IMG/VR virus record: IMGVR_UViG_2744054895_000002 | Coordinates: 14,096-78,095 of that record | From: a virus | Lineage: Duplodnaviria; Caudoviricetes | Strand: one strand, 5' to 3' | Length of the DNA: 64,000 nucleotides | Part shown: positions 28,057-39,077 of the stretch, piece by piece | Numbering within the stretch: the stretch's first letter is position 1 | Layout of the letters: each line of letters starts with the position of its first letter | Notes under the pieces: model-generated | Databases searched by the model: none | What the model saw: the letters and a program-made list of their open reading frames with translations, nothing else | What the model was told of the DNA's origin: nothing | Position numbers and translations under genes: made by a program

Positions 28057-31000
28057 GTGGCTGGGGCCTACACCCTCTACGTCAATGTCCAGGCTGGCGT
28101 GTCCAGCCTGGTCGGAGGACTGCGCACTGCGGCGGGAAGCGTCACCGCGTTCGGCGGACAGGTGCGTCGCCTCGACGGCGACCTCAACCAGCTCGCGGCG
28201 CGCTCGGACCGAACGCGCCGTGCGATGGCCACCGGGTTCACAGTGATGGGCGCGGCGCTCGGCGGCGCGTTCGTCATGGGCGTGCGAAGCGCCGTCGAGC
28301 TCGAGAAGCACATGGCGAACGTCATGACGATCTCGAAGGAGATCAATAGCACCAACATCAGCCACTTCACCGACCAGATCGTCGAGCTGAGTACGCAGCT
28401 CCCGCAGTCCGCCGACCAGCTCGCCGAGGCTCTGTACCAGGTCGTCTCGACCGGGTTCGACGGCTCAGACGCGATGACGATCCTGCGCGTGGCCGCGCGC
28501 GGTGCCGCCGCCGGCCTGACAACGACAGAGACTTCCGCCCGCGCACTGCTTGGCGTGCTGAAGGCGTACGGCATGGATGCCTCACAGGCCAGTGACGTCA
28601 TGGACATCATGTTCCAGACTGTCAACTACGGCGTGGTGTCGTTCGACGAGCTGGCACAGCAGCTCGGTGACGTCGTTCCGATGGCCGCCGCGGCGGGCGT
28701 GGAATTCGAGGACATCAGCTCGGCGCTCGCGGCCGTCACCCTCTCGGGCATCCCAGCGGCGGAGGGCGTCACGGCACTGAACATGCTGCTGACGCGCATG
28801 ATGAAGCCCACCCAAGAGCTGTCCGAGATGATCAAGGGCTTCGGGTACGAGTCGGCCGCTGCCGCCCTCCAGCAGGACGGCCTGTACGTCGTCATGGAGA
28901 AGGTCCGCAACGCCACCGGTGGCAGCGCAGACCAGTTGGTTCCGCTCCTCAGGGACATCCGAGCGGTCCGCGCCGCCTTGGCGCTTTCCGCCGCAGACGG
29001 TCAGAACTACGCCGCCACGTACCAGGGCATCTCTCAGGAGGTCGAGCGGGCCGGGGCGACGCAGAAGGCGTACGCGATCCAGATGGATACGACCGCGGGT
29101 CAGTGGAGCCTGTTCCAGAACCAGGCCCAGGCCCTCGGCATCGACATGGCACGTGTGCTATTGCCCGCCTTGCAGACCGTCGGGGAGTACCTGAATGTGC
29201 TGGCCGGGGCCGTCAACGACCTGCCGGGCCCGGTGAAGTCGCTCATGGGTGTGATGGTCGCCCTGTCGGCCGCCGCGCTTCTGGCCAAGGCCGCGTTCGT
29301 GAGGTTCGGTACGCAACTGTCACTCTTCCGTACGCAACTCGCGGCAGCGCGAGCCGGCGGATCGGCTCTGCCCGCTGTTCTCAGCGGAACCGGAATCGCG
29401 GTAGCGGGCTTGAGCGCGCTGATGGCGGTCGGCGTTGGCGTGTACGCCGCGTACTCGGCAAGCAAGCAGAAGGCCAAGGCAGCGACCGAAGAGCTGGTCG
29501 CCGCTCTGCGTAAGGAGCGGGACGAGGGCGAGCAAGGCGCCGGACTGCGCACCCTCACCGAACAGCTCACCAATAGCGACGATGTTAAGAAGCTCAAGGA
29601 CGCCGGGGTGGACGTGACCACCGCCATCGACGCGATCACCTCCGGTGGCCAGAAGCTGAAGCGCCTCAAGGATGAACTGGCGACCAAGAAAGCCGAGTCC
29701 TGGGAAGTCGCTGGCAGCGTCTACACGTACGACGTCTCCTACGACCGGGCCAAGAAGGTGCTGGACAAGCAGCACAAGATCTGGTCCAACGCGGTCAAGG
29801 AGGAAAACGAGCTGGCCGCGAACCTGGCCATCGTCAACAACAAGATCAAGGCCAACCGGCGGGAGATGATCGGCGCCTGGGATCTGACACAGTCCCTGCC
29901 GACGGACAAGAACGGCTCGCCACAGTTCACAGAGCAGATGGAAGCGATGGGCAAGTCCCTCGCTTCGATCGTTGACCCCGCGAAGGCGTGGAAGGCTGCC
30001 CAGGACAAGGTGGCCGAGGCGAACCGTAAGGCAGGCCGTTCTGCTGACGCCTCCAAGGCATCGTTGTCCGACTACGTCGAGGAGCTGCGCAAGCAGCTCA
30101 AGGCACAGCGCGAGTTCCAGAAGAACCTGGGGCTGCTGGCAGCCGAAGGACGCCTGGATCTCGCCGACCACTTCTCAAGCCTCGGACCGGATTCGGCACC
30201 GATCCTCGACGAGCTGGTCAAGCAGCTCAAGAAGGGCGAGGTCAAGGTCGCCGACGAACTCGATTCGATCATTCGGGAGTCCGCTGCACGCTCCACCCCG
30301 GCCTTCCGAGCCGGCTTGGAGCAGCTGCCCGCGATCTCTGCGAAGTACGGGAGGAAGGTTGCCGAGGCGTGGGCGGACGCGGCTGCCACCAACGACCCAG
30401 GCAAGCTAGCCCGCGTCATGCAGGACATGGCCGTGGCCGACATGGAGAAGGCCGCCAGGAGGCTGCCCAAGGTCGCCTCCAAGCAGCTCGAACAGGGCAT
30501 GCGTCTCCTTGCTGACGTCTCCGCGAAGTACGGCAAGGAGGCGTCCACCTCGCTCGCTCAGTCGTTCCTCAAGGGCGACGTTGAGGAGATCCGTACCCAG
30601 CTCAGCTACCTCTACGGCGCAGACATGCCGATCAAGGCACCCGACCTGTCCGGAGTCGTCGGGGCTTTCAAAACCGCTGGCATCCAATCCAACTCTGAGT
30701 GGTCGGGCATGCTCAGTCTCATCGTCGCAGTGGCTCAGACGAAGGGAAGCGCCGCAGCGACCGCCCTGACCAGTGCCCTGCTGTCCGGCGACATGGCCGC
30801 TGTGAAGACACAACTCGACAGCATCGGCGCCTCCGTCGGCCGTATCCCGGGCACGAAGACCATCACCATCAGCGTCAACAAGCCCGCCGCGGTGACGATC
30901 CCCTTCTTCGCCAAGGTCCGGGCCACCTCGTGGGACAAGGACGCCAACGGCGTCCCGGACCTGATTCAGGCGCCGAAGGCGCAGGCGAACGGTGGCTTGC

Positions 31001-32328
31001 TCGACTTCTATGCCCACGGGGGAGTGCGGCGTGAGGAGCACACGGCCCAGATTGCACCGGGGGGCACCTGGCGAGTGTGGGCCGAACCGGAGACTCAAGG
31101 CGAAGCCTACATACCGCTGGCCGGAGCCAAACGGGCCCGCTCCAAGCGCATCCTGGACGAAGTGGCGCGCCGCTTCGGTGGCGAGGTCAGCTACCACGCC
31201 GACGGTGGCCTGTCCGGCTTCACCTACCGACCCCAGTCGCTGTATTCCCTTTCCGGGATCGCGAGCGATTCCCAGGACAAGAAGGGCAACTTCAGCCTCG
31301 CCCTGTTTGCCAAGAAGCTCCACTCCTCCGTCTCGACCGCGAAGCGGTGGCGCAGAGACCTGGACACCGTTGCCCGCCGAGCCGGGCAGGACGTTGCGGG
31401 AGCCTTGGCGGAGATGGGCGAGGAAGGAGTCTCACTCACCCACAAGATGGCGACCGGCAGCTCGCGGTACGTGCGGTCAATGGCGAAGGACCTACGTGAC
31501 CTGGCTGCGGCGTCGAAGGCGAGCCTCGGCGAGTACACCGGGCAGCTCCGCCAGGCAGTGAAGGACCAAACCGGCTTCGAGCAGAACATCGCCAAGCTGG
31601 CTGCCAGTGGGTACGGCGACTTGGCGAAGCGCCTGGCCGAGCAGGGTGACCAGGACGCGGCCGAGCTGGCCACCCAGGCGGTGAAGAATAAGAAGAAGGC
31701 CAAGGCGGCCAACGACGCTGCCCGTAGCGCAGGCAAGACCGTCCCCGACGATGACCTGCCCGACTTGGCGGCCATCGTCGCAGCGGTCAAGAACAAGACC
31801 ACGGGACTGCACACAGTGGCCGACGCCACCGGTTTCGATGAGGACCACATCATCGAGATCGCCAACCTGGGCCTGGCGCGGATGAAGAAGGCGCTGGGTT
31901 CCAAAGGCGCCAAGTTCTTCTCCGACCTGAGTCGAGCGAACAAGGGGCTGGCGTACGCCGACGGCGGCATCCTCACGCCCGGCCTCTACGCCACCTCCGG
32001 CGGCCTGATTAAGTTCGCTGAGCCTTCGACTGGAGGCGAGGCGTTCATTCCGCTCGGCGCCGCCAAGCGAAGCAGCGCGACCGCTGTCCTGAACGACGTC
32101 GCAGCGCGCTTCGGGATGCGCCTATCCAGCGGCGCCCATGTCCCCGCCATGCGGCTGGTCGATGCCCGTCCGCCTACGGCCATCAAGGTCACTGTCGTCC
32201 AACAGCAGCCCAAAGCCCTGGTGGAAAACATGCCCATCACCATTCAAGGCCGCGACACCTCGCCCCAGGAACTGTCCGGCGAAATCATGCGACGGCTGCG
32301 CAACGCCCAGCGAGGAGGACGGCTGTGA
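28057..32328 (+). CDS. Tape measure protein
   Basis: 1423 aa Ala-rich, TP901-type N-domain; two AxGG...AEP..GEA.IPL motifs. Confidence 0.92.
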   Translation: MAGAYTLYVNVQAGVSSLVGGLRTAAGSVTAFGGQVRRLDGDLNQLAARSDRTRRAMATGFTVMGAALGGAFVMGVRSAVELEKHMANVMTISKEINSTNISHFTDQIVELSTQLPQSADQLAEALYQVVSTGFDGSDAMTILRVAARGAAAGLTTTETSARALLGVLKAYGMDASQASDVMDIMFQTVNYGVVSFDELAQQLGDVVPMAAAAGVEFEDISSALAAVTLSGIPAAEGVTALNMLLTRMMKPTQELSEMIKGFGYESAAAALQQDGLYVVMEKVRNATGGSADQLVPLLRDIRAVRAALALSAADGQNYAATYQGISQEVERAGATQKAYAIQMDTTAGQWSLFQNQAQALGIDMARVLLPALQTVGEYLNVLAGAVNDLPGPVKSLMGVMVALSAAALLAKAAFVRFGTQLSLFRTQLAAARAGGSALPAVLSGTGIAVAGLSALMAVGVGVYAAYSASKQKAKAATEELVAALRKERDEGEQGAGLRTLTEQLTNSDDVKKLKDAGVDVTTAIDAITSGGQKLKRLKDELATKKAESWEVAGSVYTYDVSYDRAKKVLDKQHKIWSNAVKEENELAANLAIVNNKIKANRREMIGAWDLTQSLPTDKNGSPQFTEQMEAMGKSLASIVDPAKAWKAAQDKVAEANRKAGRSADASKASLSDYVEELRKQLKAQREFQKNLGLLAAEGRLDLADHFSSLGPDSAPILDELVKQLKKGEVKVADELDSIIRESAARSTPAFRAGLEQLPAISAKYGRKVAEAWADAAATNDPGKLARVMQDMAVADMEKAARRLPKVASKQLEQGMRLLADVSAKYGKEASTSLAQSFLKGDVEEIRTQLSYLYGADMPIKAPDLSGVVGAFKTAGIQSNSEWSGMLSLIVAVAQTKGSAAATALTSALLSGDMAAVKTQLDSIGASVGRIPGTKTITISVNKPAAVTIPFFAKVRATSWDKDANGVPDLIQAPKAQANGGLLDFYAHGGVRREEHTAQIAPGGTWRVWAEPETQGEAYIPLAGAKRARSKRILDEVARRFGGEVSYHADGGLSGFTYRPQSLYSLSGIASDSQDKKGNFSLALFAKKLHSSVSTAKRWRRDLDTVARRAGQDVAGALAEMGEEGVSLTHKMATGSSRYVRSMAKDLRDLAAASKASLGEYTGQLRQAVKDQTGFEQNIAKLAASGYGDLAKRLAEQGDQDAAELATQAVKNKKKAKAANDAARSAGKTVPDDDLPDLAAIVAAVKNKTTGLHTVADATGFDEDHIIEIANLGLARMKKALGSKGAKFFSDLSRANKGLAYADGGILTPGLYATSGGLIKFAEPSTGGEAFIPLGAAKRSSATAVLNDVAARFGMRLSSGAHVPAMRLVDARPPTAIKVTVVQQQPKALVENMPITIQGRDTSPQELSGEIMRRLRNAQRGGRL

Positions 32329-33224
32329 AGCCGGACCTCAAGGAGTGGCAGATCGACTTCTCGGGAGTGCTGCTCGGCCATGGAACGTCCGTAGCGGTCT
32401 CCGATGTCGAAGGACTCGGCGCTGCCGAGCTGCGTACCCAAGACGTGCTGAACCCTGCCGACGACGGCGCGTTTCCCGGCGTGGATCTCTACTCACCGCG
32501 CACGGTGCGGATCGAAGCCGGAATCCGGGCCGCGGGCGACCCCGCCACGGCCCTGGACAAGCTCGCCGAGATAGAGGCAGTCGCAGCGGATACGGCAATC
32601 CGCCGCACCGCCGGCGCACTCGCCCAGCTGCGGCTGCGCTGGCCCGGACGCGCCACGAAGGTCCTGTTCGGCCGCATCCGGCGCGCCGAAGCGGTTTCCA
32701 CATCTCAGGTCATTCACGGATGGATTCCACTGGACCTTGAGTTCACCGCCCTCGACCCGCGCATGCACGACGACGAGATCTCCAGCGTCATCCTGCCCTT
32801 GGACATCTCGCACAGCGGCGGTGGCTTCAAGGCGCCCGTCGTAGCCCCCATCACCACGGGCATCGCAACCCCGGAGACCAGGCCGGGATGGCTGATCAAC
32901 GAGGGCGACACCGGGGCGTGGCCCTCCATCCGGATCACCGGCCCCGTCGCGAACCCGCGCATCGTGCACGTCGAGACCGGGCGCGTCTTGAACCTGGACA
33001 TCACCCTTGGCACCGGTGAGCGCATCGACATCGAAACCCGCCCCGGTACCCGCTGGGTGCTCCGTAACGGCAGCGGAAACGCCGCCCCGGCCCTGTCCGG
33101 AGCTTCGCGCCTGGATCTCTTCCAGATCCCTCCGGGCCGCAGCGAAATCCGCTGGACGGCCTCGGACTACACCAACACCACCCGCCTGACCGTCTCGTGG
33201 CGGTCGGCGTGGATCGCTCTGTAA
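32325..33224 (+). CDS. Distal tail protein (Dit-like)
   Basis: Follows TMP; LEFTALDP, NEGD..AWP.I.ITGP..NP. Confidence 0.75.
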   Translation: MKPDLKEWQIDFSGVLLGHGTSVAVSDVEGLGAAELRTQDVLNPADDGAFPGVDLYSPRTVRIEAGIRAAGDPATALDKLAEIEAVAADTAIRRTAGALAQLRLRWPGRATKVLFGRIRRAEAVSTSQVIHGWIPLDLEFTALDPRMHDDEISSVILPLDISHSGGGFKAPVVAPITTGIATPETRPGWLINEGDTGAWPSIRITGPVANPRIVHVETGRVLNLDITLGTGERIDIETRPGTRWVLRNGSGNAAPALSGASRLDLFQIPPGRSEIRWTASDYTNTTRLTVSWRSAWIAL

Positions 33225-33240
33225 GAAGGAGGATCTTGCT

Positions 33241-34170
33241 GTGACGCTCGTCCAGCCACCCATGCTCACCCATGGCGGCACTCACCCGGCCCGAGCCTTT
33301 CGCATGATGGTCAGAGACCTCGCCCGCGGCTCTCAAGGCGTGACGGAGGCCAACGATCTCAAGGTCAGACAGCTCTCCACACCCGGTTCTGCCGTCCGGG
33401 TCGGCGACGGCTCGTCTGTCATACGCGGCGCCTCATGGGGGCAAGGCTCCTACACGCAGTACAACGTGGGCGACGCCATCGTGCCCGTCGCGCCGACTGG
33501 TGCCACCGGTCGGTCGGACCTCCTGGTTCAGCGCATCGAGGACCCCGAGTATGAAGGCAACCGGGACCCGGCCAAGGACGACATCGGCTACTTCCAGGTG
33601 ATCCCCAACGTATCGGCGACCGCAAGGGCGGTGCCCGCCGGGATGACCGCCATCCCGCTGGCCCGACTCGACATCCCGCCGAACACGGCGACCATCACGG
33701 ACGCGATGATCAAAGATCTGCGGAGCATAGCCAACCCGCGACGCGAGCGTCGGCTCTACACGGCTTTCCCGGGCAGCCTGTCGAGGCTCACCTACCAGGA
33801 CAGCAAGTGGCACACATGGCCCACCGCCGCGCGATGGACCATCCCGGTGCCCGACTGGGCCGTGAACATCAAGGCCGTCACCACCTTCGCCGGACTACGT
33901 ATGGACAGCGCGGACGTCTTCGCTTCAATGCAGCAGGTCTTCGGCACCGTCCAGGGGCAGAACACCGTCATCGACGACGACCAGGGCAAGAACGTCCGCC
34001 GGTGCACCGTCGTTCTGGCCGACAACATCACGGTCACGGCCGCCATGCGGGGTAACAACCAAGCCCTGTACGTGCAGACCTACATGTCCAAGAGCGAGAC
34101 CGGCAACCTCAGCGTGGACGGTTCCACCTCGCTCATCTGCGACGTGGAGTTCAACGAGGGCGTCATCTGA
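33241..34170 (+). CDS. Minor tail protein
   Basis: RSDLLVQRIEDP, IPLARL..P patterns; synteny. Confidence 0.65.
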   Translation: MTLVQPPMLTHGGTHPARAFRMMVRDLARGSQGVTEANDLKVRQLSTPGSAVRVGDGSSVIRGASWGQGSYTQYNVGDAIVPVAPTGATGRSDLLVQRIEDPEYEGNRDPAKDDIGYFQVIPNVSATARAVPAGMTAIPLARLDIPPNTATITDAMIKDLRSIANPRRERRLYTAFPGSLSRLTYQDSKWHTWPTAARWTIPVPDWAVNIKAVTTFAGLRMDSADVFASMQQVFGTVQGQNTVIDDDQGKNVRRCTVVLADNITVTAAMRGNNQALYVQTYMSKSETGNLSVDGSTSLICDVEFNEGVI

Positions 34171-34172
34171 CG

Positions 34173-35258
34173 ATGTCGTACCGCTACCTGACCACGCATG
34201 CCCTCACCGGTGACACCCTTGCGTGGGACCTTCCGCTCACCGAAGTCGAGTTTGGCCCGGAACTATGCGGGCCTGGCAGCTTCACGGGCGTCATCGAACC
34301 CAGGCTGGCCAACCTCACGGCCAAGCAAGTTGATCCCGGAACTACGCTGATCTACGCGGAACGGGACCGCACCCTGCTCTGGGGCGGCATCATCTGGCGT
34401 GCCGAACCCGAGGGGCAGAAGCTCCGCTTGGAGGCGAGCGGCTTCGGCTCCTACCTCACCAAGCGCACCGACCTGCACGGCAACCTCAACGGCCGCGGGC
34501 CGTGGGTCAACGCAGACCCCTGCCGCGTCATCCGCGACGTCTGGGCATACTGCCAGTCCCAGCCCGACGGAGACCTGGACGTGACGGTCGACGCGACGAC
34601 GTCCAAGGCCAAAATCGGCACACCAGCAGAGCCCTACTCAACCCCTTGGTGGGAGGCGCCGCCCCTCAGCAAGGTTATCGACGACATGGTGGCCGTGGCA
34701 GGCGGACCCGAGTGGACCGAGTCCGTTGCATGGTCCGGCGACACCCCCACGCAGCGCATCCGGATCGGGTGGCCACGCCTGGGAACCAGGCGGCAGGACA
34801 TCAGCTTCACTTCGGGCATCAACGTCACCTCCACGGTTCCGGTGGAGTATGACGCGGACAGCTACGCCCAGGTCGTCATCGGCTTGGGCGCCGGCGAAGG
34901 CCGCTCACGACGCCGTGTCGTTGACGCGGCGCGCAACGGCCGTCTGCGCCTGGAGCAGATACTCGAGATACCCACCGAGAAGGCCAACGACCGGCTTGCC
35001 GCGCGCACCCGCACCGAGCGCGTGAACCGGTCGGTCATCGGCGAGGTCACCGAGGTTGTTCTCCGCGACCATCCGGCCGCCCGCATCGGAGCCTTCCAGA
35101 TCGGCGACGACGTGCGTGTGCGCCTGAACGACGAGTGGTCGGAATACGACGGCTGGTCCCGCATCACGGGCTGGACCCTCAAGCCGCCGGCCGGTGACGA
35201 GCCGGAGCAAGTCACGGTGCAACTGGCGCGGGCAGACCGCTACACCTACGGAGCCTGA
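34173..35258 (+). CDS. Minor tail/baseplate hub protein (Gp37-like)
   Basis: LWGGIIW, GLGAGEG, IGDDV motifs. Confidence 0.65.
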   Translation: MSYRYLTTHALTGDTLAWDLPLTEVEFGPELCGPGSFTGVIEPRLANLTAKQVDPGTTLIYAERDRTLLWGGIIWRAEPEGQKLRLEASGFGSYLTKRTDLHGNLNGRGPWVNADPCRVIRDVWAYCQSQPDGDLDVTVDATTSKAKIGTPAEPYSTPWWEAPPLSKVIDDMVAVAGGPEWTESVAWSGDTPTQRIRIGWPRLGTRRQDISFTSGINVTSTVPVEYDADSYAQVVIGLGAGEGRSRRRVVDAARNGRLRLEQILEIPTEKANDRLAARTRTERVNRSVIGEVTEVVLRDHPAARIGAFQIGDDVRVRLNDEWSEYDGWSRITGWTLKPPAGDEPEQVTVQLARADRYTYGA

Positions 35259-35260
35259 GC

Positions 35261-37441
35261 ATGACCAACCAGATCGCCAGCCTGGCCGCCCGCCTGGCCG
35301 CGGTAGAGCGGCGCCTCGACAGCACGAGTCGCACCGCCCAGCTCGCCTACTCCTCCATCGAGAACGGCGCGATCGACGTGTTCGATGAGGACGGTTCCCT
35401 GCGGGCGGTGATCGGCCAGCAGCCAGACGGCACGACCGGACTGAACGTGGTCAACGGCCCTCCGCCGCCGCAGCCCACCGCCCCTACCCTCACCTCCTCA
35501 ATCGGCGGCGTCACCGTCGGCTGGGGCGGCCGCTTCACCGGCGACGGCCCCGTGCCCTTGGACTGGGCCAGACTCGAAATCCATGCGGCCGACGTGGACT
35601 TTGTCCCGGACGCATCCACCCTGCGCGCCACCATCGAATCTCCCCAGGGCGGAACCTTCACCATCACGGCCGAGACCCCCGTCTACGTTCGGCTGGTCGC
35701 ACGCAACACCTCCGGCACAGCGTCGCTCCCATCACCGTCCGCAGGGCCCCTCGGGCGGGTTCCGGTGGTTGCCGAGGCCGTGCTTGACGGCATCGTCGGC
35801 GAACTGGCGCTGGCGGATGCCGCCGTCAGCCGCAGCAAGATCGCCGTGGGAGCCGTTGACGCCGACCGTTTGGCCATCGGCACCGGCAACCTTCTGCCGG
35901 ACGCCAGCTTCGAGGGCGCTTACTCCCAGAACCTGGTAGCCGACAGCCCTGTCTGGCAGATCGCGGGCCCGGGGAACAACTCGGCCCGGTGCCTAACTGT
36001 TGACGCCAAAGCCGCGTCGCCGACAACGCGCAGCCAGCAGCTCACTACGCTTCCCGCTTCGCCCGGCGACCACTTCTTCCTCGCCATCGACTACCGCAGC
36101 AGCGCGGACTGGTCCGGACTCGCCCCGAAGTTCTACTTGTGCTGGCAGGACGCCGTCGGCCTTCCCATCGGCTACGGCGTCGTCCAGGGGACGGCAGCGC
36201 CCGTCACGGCCTGGACGCGCATGAGCAGGCAGGTGCAAGCTCCAGCCAACACGGTCAGCGCCGCCGTATGGGTCGAGTCCTTTCAGGCCAACACGGGGAA
36301 CCTGTCGTTCGACAATGCAGAGATTCGTACGGTCGTCACAGCCGGGGTTGTGCTGGCAGGTTCCATCAGCGGGGACGAGCTGGCCGCGAACTCAATCACT
36401 GGTGAGAAGGTCGTCGCTCAGAGCATCACTGGGCGTGAGGTGAAGTTCCAGTCCCTCACCGGTGACCATCTGGACGTCAACTCCGCCCGTATTGCACTTC
36501 TCACGTCCGGCGTCATCACCGCCGACATGCTCATGGCCGACGCGCTGAACGGCAAGACGATTACGGGCGGCCACATCATCGGTGTGGAGATCGACGGTGC
36601 CGCTCTCCGCACCGCCGACACAGGCAGCCGCGTGGAGATTACGTCTGTCCCGGCCACCGACACCACGCCGTCCTCGGGGCGGGTGCGCCTCTACTCCGGT
36701 TCCACCACGGAGGTGGAACCGGCGTCCATGTACTCCCTGTATGACGCGGCCACCAACACATCTACGCTCCACCTCCAGTCGGCCGTTCTGAATACGCCCG
36801 TCTTGAGCGGCGTGGTAGGTCCCATGTCGCCTACGCCCGACTGGCCGACCTCCGCGATCACCATGTGGTCCGAGCCCAATACCGCCTATCTCAACCTGAG
36901 CGCCACCGAGGCGAACGTCGACGCGGTCACCACCGTGATCGGCAGCCCTCCCTACTACCAAGTGGTGGTCAGATCCGGCGTGATCAGCGCGCAAACCAGC
37001 GCGGGCGTCGACGCGAACCTGTACCTCAACAGGATGCTCGGCGTAGACCCGAGTGGCTGGATCAGCCGGTCCAACGAGGACTGGAAGACCCCCACGCTTT
37101 CATCAGGCTGGAGCCACTACGGCGGTACCTGGGACCGAGTGGCGTACAAGATCTATCCGGACCGGACGGTCGGACTGCGAGGGCTGGTCAAGCGCACGTC
37201 GAAGGACCCTGCGTCTGGCGGCGAAATCGTCATCGTCCTGCCAGCTTCCGCGAGGCCAACGACCACCAACACGCAACAGTTCTCAGTCCTCGTCCCCCAG
37301 AACGGCTCCGCCTTGACGCTGAACATCAACCCGTCGAGCGGCATCGTCACTCTGGCCAACATCACCTCGGGCGCCGCCACCGCTCTGGCTTCCGGCTCGG
37401 CCTACTTGAACCTGAGCGGCATCCGCTTCCCCCTCGACTGA
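35261..37441 (+). CDS. Tail fibre / receptor-binding protein
   Basis: 726 aa; coiled N-term, carbohydrate-binding-like segment (NLLPDASFE), ITG repeats, C-terminal LRGLV..LPASARP head. Confidence 0.7.
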   Translation: MTNQIASLAARLAAVERRLDSTSRTAQLAYSSIENGAIDVFDEDGSLRAVIGQQPDGTTGLNVVNGPPPPQPTAPTLTSSIGGVTVGWGGRFTGDGPVPLDWARLEIHAADVDFVPDASTLRATIESPQGGTFTITAETPVYVRLVARNTSGTASLPSPSAGPLGRVPVVAEAVLDGIVGELALADAAVSRSKIAVGAVDADRLAIGTGNLLPDASFEGAYSQNLVADSPVWQIAGPGNNSARCLTVDAKAASPTTRSQQLTTLPASPGDHFFLAIDYRSSADWSGLAPKFYLCWQDAVGLPIGYGVVQGTAAPVTAWTRMSRQVQAPANTVSAAVWVESFQANTGNLSFDNAEIRTVVTAGVVLAGSISGDELAANSITGEKVVAQSITGREVKFQSLTGDHLDVNSARIALLTSGVITADMLMADALNGKTITGGHIIGVEIDGAALRTADTGSRVEITSVPATDTTPSSGRVRLYSGSTTEVEPASMYSLYDAATNTSTLHLQSAVLNTPVLSGVVGPMSPTPDWPTSAITMWSEPNTAYLNLSATEANVDAVTTVIGSPPYYQVVVRSGVISAQTSAGVDANLYLNRMLGVDPSGWISRSNEDWKTPTLSSGWSHYGGTWDRVAYKIYPDRTVGLRGLVKRTSKDPASGGEIVIVLPASARPTTTNTQQFSVLVPQNGSALTLNINPSSGIVTLANITSGAATALASGSAYLNLSGIRFPLD

Positions 37442-37529
37442 CACCGCAAGGCCATGAACCGGGGTCGCCCCGCTCCGGCCGTATGATCAAGGCGTGGCGC
37501 GGGGCCACCGATCGCCGAGGGAGTACGCG

Positions 37530-37889
37530 GTGAGCATCCCGCCGCCAGGCGCCGAACCCACCCTGTGGGAGCTGCACCGCGCCGTCGTCCAGTTGCGCGA
37601 GGACCAGCGCGACGACCTCGCACAGCTCCGCGACGATCTGCGCAGTGACATCGCAGCCCTGGCGAACCGCTTGAACCAGGTGGTCACCGTGGATGTGTAC
37701 CGCGCCGATCAGCGCAACCTCTCACTGCGCATCGACTCTCTCGAACGCGAGCTGGAGACGGTGAAGAACGAGCGTGACCAGGACCGCGAACAGGCGAGTA
37801 CCAACCGACGCCTGATCATCTCCGCTTTCGTCGCGCCGGTGCTGCTGGCCGTGCTGCAACTGCTGCTCGCTGCGCGCGGCAGCCCCTAG
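37530..37889 (+). CDS. Coiled-coil protein with C-terminal TM (lysis accessory/holin-like)
   Basis: GAGGGAG RBS; position before endolysin. Confidence 0.55.
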   Translation: MSIPPPGAEPTLWELHRAVVQLREDQRDDLAQLRDDLRSDIAALANRLNQVVTVDVYRADQRNLSLRIDSLERELETVKNERDQDREQASTNRRLIISAFVAPVLLAVLQLLLAARGSP

Positions 37890-37947
37890 AGAACACCCAC
37901 CTCACCCAAGATCGCCCATGGCGCGGGGGAGAAGCAGGACGCGCCTC

Positions 37948-38793
37948 ATGCCCGATCTCTGGCTATCCGGAGCCGAGCGACACCCGCTCCGCGACACGGC
38001 ACCGACTGACACCAAGTACGCCCCGCGCGTGATCTGGCACATCACCTGGGACAAGAACGCCACGGCGGCCAAGCCCGCCGACCTTGTCCCGTTCGACCAG
38101 CTCGTCCGGTACTTCACCGGCGGCGGCAGCGGTGCCGCACCACATCTGCTGTGGGACCCGTTCAGTGGAAGGACCGCCCAGTTCTACCCGGCCACCAGTC
38201 GGTCGAAGTCCGTTGTCGACACCGCCGGCGGCACCCGAACCAACCGCACGGGCCGGGTCTGCCTCCAGGTCGAGACGCTGTTCTTCCCTCACTGCCGGGT
38301 GAACGGGCGGTCGTACGCGACCGTCCGCGACACGCCAGCCAAGGGCCTCGACAAGATCCTGGCGTGGACCCGGAGCTGGGGCGTGCCCGACGCCTGGCCG
38401 ATGGGCGCCCCGACCTGGAGCGCACACCGCAACGAGCACTCCTGGGAGACCGAGGGCGGGCACTACGGCCACGGCCAGGTGCCCGAGAACCAGCACACCG
38501 ACCCAGGCCCCATGCCGAAGTGGCCCACCACTGGGACGACGCCCAAGCCGGGAACGCCGCCGTTCCCCGGCCGCAGTGTCTTCGGGCCCGGCAAGTCGAA
38601 CGCGTCGATCCTTCTGCTGGGCCAGCAGCTCGTCCGGAGGGGATTCGGAAAGCACTACAAGATCGGCCCGTCCCGCGACTGGGGCGAGGCGGACCGCCTG
38701 AACGTCAGGGACTTCCAACTCGCCCAGAAGTGGACCGGTTCCGACGCCGACGGCTTCCCCGGACCGCAGACCTGGGCCCGCCTCTTCGGCTGA
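37948..38793 (+). CDS. Endolysin: amidase_2-like plus peptidoglycan-binding domain
   Basis: WHIT, PHLLWDP, GHGQVPENQHTDPG; C-term ADGFPGPQTW. Confidence 0.85.
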   Translation: MPDLWLSGAERHPLRDTAPTDTKYAPRVIWHITWDKNATAAKPADLVPFDQLVRYFTGGGSGAAPHLLWDPFSGRTAQFYPATSRSKSVVDTAGGTRTNRTGRVCLQVETLFFPHCRVNGRSYATVRDTPAKGLDKILAWTRSWGVPDAWPMGAPTWSAHRNEHSWETEGGHYGHGQVPENQHTDPGPMPKWPTTGTTPKPGTPPFPGRSVFGPGKSNASILLLGQQLVRRGFGKHYKIGPSRDWGEADRLNVRDFQLAQKWTGSDADGFPGPQTWARLFG

Positions 38794-38822
38794 TCCACCC
38801 GTCCCAAGTAAGGAGTCACCTC

Positions 38823-39077
38823 ATGAATCTGTACGCCTCGCTGCTGCGCACCGGAGTTCCGGCCGCGGTCGGCTGGCTCGTCGCGGTAGCCCTGCGGCAC
38901 GGCCTCGACTTGGACGCGACCGCCGTCACCGGGGTGCTGACCCCACTCGCGACCTTCGCGTACTACGGGGTCTTCCGTTTCGCGGAGGAGCACCTCTCGT
39001 CCCGATTCGGCTGGCTGCTCGGCTACGCGCGCCCGCCGAAATACGAATCGGCGCCGCTTCCTCTGCCGAGAGCCTGA
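38823..39077 (+). CDS. Holin
   Basis: RTGVP..VG, two TMs, YY..R..E...GWLLG..PP.Y; AAGGAG RBS. Confidence 0.75.
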   Translation: MNLYASLLRTGVPAAVGWLVAVALRHGLDLDATAVTGVLTPLATFAYYGVFRFAEEHLSSRFGWLLGYARPPKYESAPLPLPRA

